From: Candidatus Bathyarchaeia archaeon
Lineage (GTDB): Archaea > Thermoproteota > Bathyarchaeia > 40CM-2-53-6
Direction: 5' to 3'
NCBI GenBank assembly: GCA_049513715.1
Contig: JBEKVV010000002.1
Span: 480,001-544,000 of the forward strand
Length of the DNA stretch: 64,000 nucleotides
Shown here: positions 9,280-18,107 of the stretch, in pieces
How positions within the stretch are numbered: position 1 is the first letter of the stretch
Layout: every line of letters begins with the position of its first letter
Program-made: the position numbers and the translations under genes
Notes under the pieces: generated by a model
The model's input: the letters and a program-made list of their open reading frames with translations, nothing else
What the model was told of the DNA's origin: nothing
Database searches by the model: none

Positions 9280-11508
9280 ATGGCAAACAAGAGCCTACCG
9301 GTCGTCGTTCTCTTGTTTGCAGCGGTCCTCACAATTTCGAACCCAAGCGTATACCCTGCTACGCAGGCGACGACGCCCATAACGTTCTACGCCCATGCGC
9401 AGATTCCCAATAGCACAATCCAAGGGCCAATCCTCAACGCCCAAGCTCAATGGGGGCCGCAACAGGCCGCTCTTCTTCGGCAGGAAACGGTCTTCACCCT
9501 CGATCCCCCACTGGGAGGAGATGTTGTCTTTAGAGGAACGAGCACGATGGCGCTCTGGATTCGCGCGGACAACAGGCTCACTGGGTTCCTACAGGTCCAC
9601 TTGAGCGAATTCACCGCGGACGGTCAAAACAGGACAATCCCAGGATTTGGGTTCGACAACGTGCCCGTATCCCTCGACTCACGCGCCCATGCAGAGAACT
9701 TTGCCCTCCTCGTAAATTTCACTCTTCCCAAAGGATCCTCAATACAACTGCGCATAAGACTGATCACCGACGACAGAATTACAGGCGCCTACCTTCTCTA
9801 CGATAACCCTACAACGCCAACTCAAATCACACTCCCAGTAAAAGGAGCAACAACGACCACGATAGCCCTAACAACACTGAACGGGACGTTAACCAACATC
9901 TTCTTGACGAAAGGCGTAACAAACGCAACGGTCCTAGCTCAAATCACGGTCACAGACTATCTCGGTCTGTATGTGCTCAATTCTGCGACTCTGACAGTTA
10001 CCGACGGCCAAGGTAACGCTGTTGGCACCGTACAGAACATACTGACCACCGAACACAGAATCAACCAATACACAGCCACGCTAACGTCAACGCTTAACCT
10101 TCCAAGTGGCTCGTACACCCTCACAATTGTAATAACGGACAGAACGGCAAACGTTTACACGACAGCCGGCCAATTCTACATATCGCCCTACTACTTCACC
10201 AGCATTAGAGTAATCGATCAAGCCAGTAATCCTGTCCCAGGTGCCAATATCACTGCAGCCACATCCGGCGGGTCATACAACGGTCAGACAAATCAAACCG
10301 GATGGGCCACCCTCGAACTGCCGTCCTCCGACTTGGTAGGGCAGTACACCGTTACGATGGCGTTGAAGAACGCCACCTTCGGCCCATACATTATCTCGGT
10401 TGAAGGGAACAAAAGCGTTACAATCGGCATACCGGTCATAGATGTAACCCTCAATATTCGGCTCCTGGGAATCAACCTAAGCGGAGCTGATGTCGAACTT
10501 AGAGCGGACTCCAAGTTGGTTTCGTCCGGAACATCCGACGCGTCTGGAGATGTGCGTTTCCCACGAATCCCTCAGGGGAATTACACGGCCCAAGTCCGAT
10601 ACCTTTTGACAGCGTTCCAGACCCAAGTGCCACTGGGCACTTCGGGAACTGAACGAATCGACGTTCCCTTACCTTTTCAAGAACAACTTCCGTTCGCCCT
10701 CATTTTGATTGTTGGACTTGCCGCGGTTTCCACGGTATTGCGCAGGCGGAAACTCTACGAAGCGCCATTAGGTTACATCAACATACTCACAAAGGGTGGT
10801 GTTCCTGATTCTTGCACAACAACAATCGCAGGTGGGTCCGGTTCAGGAAAGACAGTGCTGCTAGAATCGCTGGCCGACAGATCGGCGAATTCAGGCCGCG
10901 GCTGCGTTTATGTTACAAACGTTGAACTACCAGCAAACGTTAGGGCAAACTCTTCAAAGTTAGGAATCGATTTGGCAGAACACGAGAACCAAGGCAACCT
11001 CGTTCTCATCGACTGCTACTCTGCTCTATCCGGAACGCAATCAAAAGAAAAAAGAGCCCTCTCATCTTTCACCGACCTCACCAGCCTAGGAATTCTCATC
11101 ACGGCCTCAATAGAAGAAATGGGAAAGACCACCGACGTATACTTCGACTCTCTGACCCCGCTCTTTACGACATTGAAACCGGATTACGTCGTTTCATTCC
11201 TCCAGTCAGTTGGCGCGAAAGTGAAAAGCTCTAACGGCCGCCTCACCGCAACAATCGGGACAAGCGTCGAAAAGGAAACTCTAACGCGAATCGAAGAAAT
11301 GTCGGACATCGTGGTGGAAACCCAGTTACTCGAATCGCGGTCAGGACAGAAGCGCCGGCTAAGAATTAAGAAACTGCGAGGACACTCATACATAGACACA
11401 TGGGTTCCATTCAAAATTGGCGATGGTCGGGGAGTAACGTTCCTAACTCACAAGCCCTACACAGAGAATGATATGAAATCAGGCGACGTGGGGCGCCTAA
11501 GTAAATAA
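9280..11508 (+). CDS. Single-pass membrane protein: extracellular beta-sandwich domains fused to a cytoplasmic KaiC/RecA-like ATPase
   Basis: ATG 9280 begins a signal peptide; TTATAAA at 9216; TM about 10693-10740 then RRRK; Walker A GGSGSGKT, Walker B VYFDS, C-terminal RIKKLRG. Confidence 0.85.
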   Translation: MANKSLPVVVLLFAAVLTISNPSVYPATQATTPITFYAHAQIPNSTIQGPILNAQAQWGPQQAALLRQETVFTLDPPLGGDVVFRGTSTMALWIRADNRLTGFLQVHLSEFTADGQNRTIPGFGFDNVPVSLDSRAHAENFALLVNFTLPKGSSIQLRIRLITDDRITGAYLLYDNPTTPTQITLPVKGATTTTIALTTLNGTLTNIFLTKGVTNATVLAQITVTDYLGLYVLNSATLTVTDGQGNAVGTVQNILTTEHRINQYTATLTSTLNLPSGSYTLTIVITDRTANVYTTAGQFYISPYYFTSIRVIDQASNPVPGANITAATSGGSYNGQTNQTGWATLELPSSDLVGQYTVTMALKNATFGPYIISVEGNKSVTIGIPVIDVTLNIRLLGINLSGADVELRADSKLVSSGTSDASGDVRFPRIPQGNYTAQVRYLLTAFQTQVPLGTSGTERIDVPLPFQEQLPFALILIVGLAAVSTVLRRRKLYEAPLGYINILTKGGVPDSCTTTIAGGSGSGKTVLLESLADRSANSGRGCVYVTNVELPANVRANSSKLGIDLAEHENQGNLVLIDCYSALSGTQSKEKRALSSFTDLTSLGILITASIEEMGKTTDVYFDSLTPLFTTLKPDYVVSFLQSVGAKVKSSNGRLTATIGTSVEKETLTRIEEMSDIVVETQLLESRSGQKRRLRIKKLRGHSYIDTWVPFKIGDGRGVTFLTHKPYTENDMKSGDVGRLSK

Positions 11509-11553
11509 GGGGAGACAAGTAATTTCAACAAGTAGGTCAAGAGTGCGAAGAAG

Positions 11554-12303
11554 ATGGACCAAGTCTTAACTGGTATCAAGGGCCTCGACGAGGTCTTGAG
11601 AGGCGGCTTACCAAAAGGAAGAACTATACTCGTGGTCGGAAGCCCGGGTTCAGGCAAAACCACCTTTGCCATGGAGTTTCTCGTACGGGGAGCAAGAGCT
11701 GGCGAGGGAGGCCTCTACGTGAGCATGGACGAGAAACCTGAGAATGTGAAAGTCAACCTCGCTTCATTTAATTGGGATCTTGATTCTCTTGAGCACGATG
11801 GAAAGATCACCTTCATTGATGCAACTCAACTCAGGCGGCCAGGGCAACGGGCTTACGCGGGGTCGCCGGACCAAGAAAATTCTGTCAGCCTCGTTCTACC
11901 AGAACTGACGCTAGGAGGTTTGGCACGGACCGTTCGTCGTGTTGTAGCTGAGGAGAACGTACAGAGAATCGTCATAGACCCCATAACTTCCCTAATGCTT
12001 CGGTATGCGGATGAACCAAAGCGCCGTCGGGCAACGCTGATGTTTTTCGACGCCTTAGAATCGACAGGCGCCTCATGTCTCGTCACGAGCGAGCTTCGGA
12101 CTTCGATGCTTGCGAGAAGGTTCCAGCTGGAAGAGTACTTGTCACAAGGCGTCATACTTCTTCACACGATAATAAGGGAAGGGAACGTGATTCGAGCGGT
12201 ACAGGTTGAAAAGATGCGGGGCATAGCACACGACGCACAACTTCGCCCCTATCAGATAGGTCCGACAGGGATTGACGTGTACCCGAAGGACAAAGTCTTC
12301 TAG
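11554..12303 (+). CDS. Single-domain KaiC/RAD55-family ATPase
   Basis: TGIKGLD..LRGGLP, GSPGSGKT, RIVIDP, EEYLSQGVI, VEKMRG. Confidence 0.92.
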   Translation: MDQVLTGIKGLDEVLRGGLPKGRTILVVGSPGSGKTTFAMEFLVRGARAGEGGLYVSMDEKPENVKVNLASFNWDLDSLEHDGKITFIDATQLRRPGQRAYAGSPDQENSVSLVLPELTLGGLARTVRRVVAEENVQRIVIDPITSLMLRYADEPKRRRATLMFFDALESTGASCLVTSELRTSMLARRFQLEEYLSQGVILLHTIIREGNVIRAVQVEKMRGIAHDAQLRPYQIGPTGIDVYPKDKVF

Positions 12304-12377
12304 CGCCCCAACACGCACCCCAGACCGGAGAGGAATCGGTCCTCAGCCAAGGCAAGTGGAGACAGGGGCTGAGGGAC

Positions 12378-13127
12378 ATGAAACCGGCCGAGAAAATGAA
12401 AAAGCATCAGCGAACCATCAGCAAAGTTGTACTCATAATCTCCCTCCTAACCCTCATAGTTCTAGGGTCGACGATTCTTGCAGTCAACATGCTGCGCCCC
12501 TCCATGAACGGCACCCAGCAAGCTCATGGATGGCAACGAACGCCTGAAATCAGAATCGTCATGGATTCCACCGCCGACTGGGCCCGAATCATGTTCAACG
12601 ACCTCTACGAAACAAACACAAATGGCATAAGAGTAGCAGAGTTCGGCGCGAGAGGCTGGTTGGCGGGGAATCACACTGATGACCGAATCGATGCCGGGCG
12701 CGACTTGACGTTTGTAGACATCATATACAACGGCACGGTGGTTAGAACAGGTGATATTGTCGGGTTCTTCAAAGGGAACAATGATTTCAGCCACACGAGA
12801 ATGTTCGCAGACGTTGTTTTGGAAGTAAACGAAGACGTTCGGCAGGTATCAATCTTCGTAATGATCGCTGGAGCTGGAACCACAAACTTCCAATTCATCA
12901 ACAAAGAATCGGGGCAGGTGATATGGGAAGATACGCAGACTGGCAACAGTTTCACTCAATACACGCGCCGATGGATGTCGCCAGACACATTCTTCACAAC
13001 CACGCACATTGAGGCCACTCTGGTCTTGGTCCTAGCTGCCGGAGCAGTCATCACCATGATTGCCCTCAACCCGATTATCTTAGGCAGAAGGTCATCGAGA
13101 ACTATTGAGGACAGTGAGGGCCTCTGA
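12378..13127 (+). CDS. Hypothetical membrane protein with N- and C-terminal TM helices and an extracellular domain
   Basis: GAGGG SD; hydrophobic helices at both ends; sequons NGT, NHT. Confidence 0.75.
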   Translation: MKPAEKMKKHQRTISKVVLIISLLTLIVLGSTILAVNMLRPSMNGTQQAHGWQRTPEIRIVMDSTADWARIMFNDLYETNTNGIRVAEFGARGWLAGNHTDDRIDAGRDLTFVDIIYNGTVVRTGDIVGFFKGNNDFSHTRMFADVVLEVNEDVRQVSIFVMIAGAGTTNFQFINKESGQVIWEDTQTGNSFTQYTRRWMSPDTFFTTTHIEATLVLVLAAGAVITMIALNPIILGRRSSRTIEDSEGL

Positions 13128-13129
13128 GT

Positions 13130-15337
13130 GTGAGATCAAAGAGACCAACGAGGAGCGGTCTGGACGGTGTGCTCAACAGCAACTCCACTTACTTACTAGT
13201 CGGAGCATTCATAGTCTCCATCGGGATCACTCTCCCCCGTTTCGCGCCCGGAATCCCCATGAGCGTCGATACGACCAGCCATCTCTATCGAATTCTCTTC
13301 TTCGACCATTGGCTGAAGCAAGGAGTAGTCCCATTCTGGAGCCCCGATTGGTACGCAGGTTCCCCTGCCATACTCCTTTACCCACCGTTGGGGTACTACA
13401 TCGTTCTAGCGCTTTCTGGAATCGGGCTAGACCCGCTATTTTCTTACAAGGTCATTGATGCGGTTTTCTATTGGCTAGCCCCTCTAGCCGTCTATTTCCT
13501 TAGCAAGGAACTTGGTTTTGGTAAAGGGGAGAGTGCCCTTGCAGCGTTGCTATTCAGCGTCGTTCCCGAAGTCATAGAGAACTACATCTTCTTCGACAGG
13601 TTCCCCACGGTATTGTCAGTGCCCTTATTCTGTGCATTCATAATACTGTTCCATCGCGCGCTTAACCGCCCACATAGCCTCCTGAACATTCTCGGCTCAG
13701 TATTCTCGTTGTCAGCGCTGTTGCTCACACATCACCTGTCCGCTATGATCGCGGGCATTGTTGCCGTTCTGATGGTCCTCCTCGCCTGCGGAAAGTTCGG
13801 CCACACGCAACCGTCACTCACTTTGTGTATCGTGGCTGCGGGAACGCTTGGGCTGACGGCGTTCTGGCTTATGCCCCTCATTATCTCACTCCGCTACTTC
13901 CCCGCGAACCCATTCTACAACCGAAACGTCCTCTTCCCATTTGTCCGCTTCTTGTACTTCGGCTACGACATTACCTCTTACCTTCTTGGCTTAGCACAAT
14001 TCGTGCTGGCAGCAGTCGCGGTTCAATCGGTTTTGGGTAGAAAATTCGGCGCAAAGTTGCGATTGAAGGCCATGGTCTTCTTTCCTTTTCTCCTAGGTGG
14101 AATGGCAGTGTTCCAAGTGGGCGAAATCATTGGCAATAACGCAGTCCGCTACGTTACCCAGTTCATTGGCCAGTTCATTCTAGTTGTGTCGTTTGTCGTG
14201 TTCTTCGGACAGTTCCTCGTCTTCCGCGACGCGAGACGACTGTTCTTGAAACAGAACGGCGCCATACTTGCGGTGACATGGTTCCTTGTTTTCCTTTGGG
14301 TAGGCTTGGGCATTTACGCCCTACCGATCTTGCAGCTCCCTTACATACTTCAATTCTGGGTGAAAACCATGGACGTCTACCGCATATGGCTATACTTGGC
14401 GCTACCGATGAGCGCTCTGGCCGCCCTAGGGTTCATCCGTTCACTCGCCAAGCTCTGGAAGTGGAGAGCCGTTGCATCACTGATTCTGATTGCTCTGGTC
14501 GTGACCCCAGTCACTGTAAGTGTCGCATTGAAAATGAATTACGCGTTTAATGCAAGTGTTAATGGCGTACTGCCCTACAGCACAGCCAACGCCGAGATAC
14601 CCCACTCAATCCTCAACTACTTCCAAAACCAAAACTCATCCGACAGAATTCTAGGAATCAATGTGCCGTTCTGGATCTACGTTCTCCCGAACTACGCCAA
14701 CAAACCAATCGTCGACGGCTGGTACCCGCAAACCAAACTAGTGACGCAACTCGTCAACATCGATGACTACCGCCTAGACGATCTGGAAACGACTTCGAAT
14801 GTGACTCGTATTGAAGTTTGGAGGTCACTACTAAACAACTACCAAGGGCTCGACATCGGATGGGTCATTATCGGCGGGCACAGTCTGGCTGAACAAGTTA
14901 TGACTGGAACCAATTTCACCGAACAACTAGCCGTCCCATACCAGACGATCCAAGGCCCAATCGACCTAATCGTCTACAAAGCCGCAAAACCCCCATCAAT
15001 GATCAAAGCAGGCTCAAGCAATCATCTTACCCTAACGTACGTGACACCAGACAAGATGATCTTGGACTTCACACCACCTAGCCAAACGGGCGTGGTCATT
15101 GTGAAGGAGGCTTTCTTCCCAACGTGGGCTGCAACCGCAGACGGTCAAAGACTCAGCGTCACGGCCGACCCTGCCACAGGTTATGTTCTGCTAAACGTGC
15201 CCCCGGGCATACACCAAATAATCCTCTACCAGAACACAAATTCTAGCCTCTGGAACCTCGTTTCAACCGCCACCCTTGTCGTGTGTGTGATCCTGGCAGG
15301 CGCCTGGCTCTCCATGAAAAGGAGGTCGGGACACTGA
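13130..15337 (+). CDS. GT-C type polytopic glycosyltransferase (PTPS-related/YfhO-like membrane protein)
   Basis: 'DTTSH..WSPDWYAGSP..YPPL' first-loop motif, many TM helices, C-terminal 'EAFFPTWAATADG' YfhO-like motif. Confidence 0.75.
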   Translation: MRSKRPTRSGLDGVLNSNSTYLLVGAFIVSIGITLPRFAPGIPMSVDTTSHLYRILFFDHWLKQGVVPFWSPDWYAGSPAILLYPPLGYYIVLALSGIGLDPLFSYKVIDAVFYWLAPLAVYFLSKELGFGKGESALAALLFSVVPEVIENYIFFDRFPTVLSVPLFCAFIILFHRALNRPHSLLNILGSVFSLSALLLTHHLSAMIAGIVAVLMVLLACGKFGHTQPSLTLCIVAAGTLGLTAFWLMPLIISLRYFPANPFYNRNVLFPFVRFLYFGYDITSYLLGLAQFVLAAVAVQSVLGRKFGAKLRLKAMVFFPFLLGGMAVFQVGEIIGNNAVRYVTQFIGQFILVVSFVVFFGQFLVFRDARRLFLKQNGAILAVTWFLVFLWVGLGIYALPILQLPYILQFWVKTMDVYRIWLYLALPMSALAALGFIRSLAKLWKWRAVASLILIALVVTPVTVSVALKMNYAFNASVNGVLPYSTANAEIPHSILNYFQNQNSSDRILGINVPFWIYVLPNYANKPIVDGWYPQTKLVTQLVNIDDYRLDDLETTSNVTRIEVWRSLLNNYQGLDIGWVIIGGHSLAEQVMTGTNFTEQLAVPYQTIQGPIDLIVYKAAKPPSMIKAGSSNHLTLTYVTPDKMILDFTPPSQTGVVIVKEAFFPTWAATADGQRLSVTADPATGYVLLNVPPGIHQIILYQNTNSSLWNLVSTATLVVCVILAGAWLSMKRRSGH

Positions 15338-16572
15338 TGAATCGCAGCGTAACCATGGACGAGGGTTTCCTCGTCAGAGTTAGTTTCCTTTTCACATCCG
15401 GGTTCATATTCGCAGAGGGACTCCAGAATTGGATTAGGGGGAACATAGAATCGCACCCCGAAGTCGTCCTCCTAATCTTGGTGAGTTACGGGCTTGCGTT
15501 CATCCTATTCATCTTTGCCACCATGAACACCGATGCGGTGTTGAAGGTCAGGGATCTAGCTCTCGTCGCTCTGATCTTCGTGACAATCAGTAGTTGGTAC
15601 GTGGTGACTCAGGTTGAGTTCCCAGGATCATACCAAACCGACGCTCTGGCCTTCGCTCATTACTCAGCTATCCTGTACTCGAAGGGGGTCAATCCGTATA
15701 CTCAAGACCTGCAAAGTGCTCTCTCGGCATTCGCAGTTAATCCACAGTTCTTCACGCTCACCCCGAACGGCGACCTGGTTACAAACCTCAATTACCCAGC
15801 CCTGCAATTCATCGTCCTTTTGCCTGTCGTCTGGTTAGGATTGCATGATGCACGCATCGTAATCTACCTCTTCGAACTAGCAGCCATCGTAATAATCTAC
15901 GTCTGGTCACCTAAAGAAATCCGGGCCTTGGCCATAATTCCAATTTTCGCGGGGTCCGACTTGGCTGTCAACTTCTCCGCGGGGGCAGTAGCGGATTTCC
16001 TCTGGGTCCTACCGTTGGTCTTGATGATTGTTTTTATGGACGACGTGCGGCTGTCGGGCATTATGTTCGGCCTAGCTAGCGCAATAAAACAAACCCCGTG
16101 GCTGCTCTCGCCCTTTCTACTGGTGTACTACCTCCGAAGCGGCTCAGGTCTTAACGCCAGGAGCCGACTGAAGCAAACCGTAATTTTCGGCGCGTTCGCA
16201 CTTGGCACGTTCCTTGTTCCCAACATTGGATTCATGTGGAACAATTTCAGCGCCTGGTACACTGGGGTTGTCACGCCGGCCTTCGGCAATCTCGTAGTAC
16301 TAAGCCAAGGGCTATCCCTCATAACCCTAGCAATTGGGATCCCATTGCCTCCTATTTTCTATTTGACAGCAACCCTAGCGGTCGCTGCTACACTGCTCAT
16401 TAACTACTACGTATACTACGAGAAATTGGCACTTGCCGTTTGGGCTTTTCCAGCCATCATACTATGGTTCTCCTACCGCGGCCTCCAGAACTACTTCATC
16501 TTCTGGACACCGTTACTCGTGATGGCCGTGGTTAAGCTCTACAAGAAAGGAGGGACACACTCTGCGCGTTAA
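15337..16572 (+). CDS. GT-C (GT87/DUF2029-like) membrane glycosyltransferase
   Basis: TGATG overlap with the upstream gene, GGAGGT SD; 'TDA..GVNPY..NYP..KQTPW' pattern; polytopic. Confidence 0.7.
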   Translation: MNRSVTMDEGFLVRVSFLFTSGFIFAEGLQNWIRGNIESHPEVVLLILVSYGLAFILFIFATMNTDAVLKVRDLALVALIFVTISSWYVVTQVEFPGSYQTDALAFAHYSAILYSKGVNPYTQDLQSALSAFAVNPQFFTLTPNGDLVTNLNYPALQFIVLLPVVWLGLHDARIVIYLFELAAIVIIYVWSPKEIRALAIIPIFAGSDLAVNFSAGAVADFLWVLPLVLMIVFMDDVRLSGIMFGLASAIKQTPWLLSPFLLVYYLRSGSGLNARSRLKQTVIFGAFALGTFLVPNIGFMWNNFSAWYTGVVTPAFGNLVVLSQGLSLITLAIGIPLPPIFYLTATLAVAATLLINYYVYYEKLALAVWAFPAIILWFSYRGLQNYFIFWTPLLVMAVVKLYKKGGTHSAR

Positions 16573-17410
16573 GCCCCGAATAGCGCTCATCACGGTCTCG
16601 GTTTGCATATTCGCGCTTTCAATTTCCTTCATTAACTTCTACGGTCAAATCGAACAGCCGTCACCAATCCTGAACGTTAACCAAAAGCTCTGGACCTTTG
16701 ACCCGACCAAGAACATAACCAAGCCATATCTTTGGGATGTGGACATCATCAAGGGGCCTCCTGACAACGTGTCCATCATCCAGGCCAACGTCCAAAACCA
16801 AGCAGCCATCGGGCTAATATTGGATCGTGTAAACCAAAACAACTCAAACGTATGGACCACACTGCACATTCGACAAGACCTGCACGGTCAAGCTCTCGAC
16901 GCCGTGTTCCGGTCCGAAATTTCACTCATGGTGTTCCCAACCTTCCACCTTTGGTTCGACGCCATAACGCATAGCCCGGAGAACGCGTTCGGCATTGAAA
17001 TCAACGACGGAACAAACCTCCTCTGGTTCGTCTTCAGTGACAGCCAAAGCCAAACATTCCAGCTACCCCATCACAGGATCGTCCTAACCGAAACTCCGCT
17101 GAACGAGTGGTCGACTAGGAATGTTGGCATTGCAGCCCAATGGCAAGCTGCGGGCTGGAAGAAACCCGATTCCCTGTCATTCATCCTCATACTAGGCACA
17201 ACGTTACTTCATCCTGGGACATGGGTCGGTTACTTCGCAAACCTTAGCGTCAACGTCGCCCCGTTTCAGGCCGAAAGTCTATCTTCAGGAGCACGGTTAG
17301 GTATCCTAATTGTGGATGCGTTAGTGATCTTGGGGTTGACAGCAATCATTTTGCTCCTAGAGAAACGCCAGGGCAATCGAAGCGGCGGCCGCCGGAGATC
17401 CAAGGCCTGA
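16562..17410 (+). CDS. Hypothetical membrane protein with N- and C-terminal TM helices; probable CTG start
   Basis: Frame is open upstream of track ORF 16739 and adds an N-terminal TM (RIALITVSVCIFALSISFINF); GGAGG 8 nt before CTG 16562; in-frame stop at 16520. Confidence 0.7.
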   Translation: MRVKPRIALITVSVCIFALSISFINFYGQIEQPSPILNVNQKLWTFDPTKNITKPYLWDVDIIKGPPDNVSIIQANVQNQAAIGLILDRVNQNNSNVWTTLHIRQDLHGQALDAVFRSEISLMVFPTFHLWFDAITHSPENAFGIEINDGTNLLWFVFSDSQSQTFQLPHHRIVLTETPLNEWSTRNVGIAAQWQAAGWKKPDSLSFILILGTTLLHPGTWVGYFANLSVNVAPFQAESLSSGARLGILIVDALVILGLTAIILLLEKRQGNRSGGRRRSKA

Positions 17411-17411
17411 G

Positions 17412-18041
17412 GTGGAACCGATATCAAGAAAGACAAGGTCCAACTTGGTCGGCCGTGCTCGGCCAAGTCTTAGCACGACTACTCTGGGTGGATTGAGGGC
17501 AAATATATTTTCCATTATTTCAATCGCTTTCGGCATTTCTGCGCTCACAATGATTCTCGCCTCAACCTTCGCCCCATCAGGGCAAATAAGTGGCAGCAAC
17601 CTAGTCCTGATTGAAGTGGAAGTTCTGCCTGGGTTCTACATGAAGCCCATCACGTTTTTCCAATTCTCAATGTTTCTATCATTCGCTTTTGGCCTGAACA
17701 CTCCCATTACAAGGCAATACTTCCTTAAAGTCCGCCCCTCGATTCTCCGAACCGTCTACATAGGCGCGTGGCTGGTCGCGATGGGCAGCGCATTTGAAAT
17801 TCTCTATCAAGTCGTTATATGGTCAGCGTCGCTGGCAGTGCAGGGCCTTACAAACCCAGATATCATAGTCAACATCTTTCCCATCTCAGTGAACCCCGCG
17901 CCTATCAACGTCGTCTTCGCCGCGAAGATTATCGTGGCAATATTCTTCATGTCACTATTCCTGATAGACTATCTTCACCGAATTGACCGAACAAAGCAAG
18001 AGAATCAATTTGCAGAACGGCTAATTAACGCCCGCCGCTAA
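17412..18041 (+). CDS. Hypothetical 4-TM membrane protein next to the sortase
   Basis: Abuts the upstream gene; four hydrophobic segments; 'KPIT..FEILY..W..PD..NVVFAAK' motifs. Confidence 0.75.
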   Translation: MEPISRKTRSNLVGRARPSLSTTTLGGLRANIFSIISIAFGISALTMILASTFAPSGQISGSNLVLIEVEVLPGFYMKPITFFQFSMFLSFAFGLNTPITRQYFLKVRPSILRTVYIGAWLVAMGSAFEILYQVVIWSASLAVQGLTNPDIIVNIFPISVNPAPINVVFAAKIIVAIFFMSLFLIDYLHRIDRTKQENQFAERLINARR

Positions 18042-18107
18042 ACCCGCACAAGAATCGACAACTGATAGCGGAGAGCTAGTCAAACATCTAAGAAGAGGAA
18101 TTTCGTA

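Noticed and set aside
10660..10752. LPF + TM + RRRK in the KaiC fusion as a cleavable sortase signal
   Set aside because: No PEF or PGF motif; TM plus basic residues is explained by the positive-inside rule
11554..12303. Circadian clock kaiC
   Set aside because: Single domain and no kaiA or kaiB; belongs to the broad archaeal KaiC/RAD55 group
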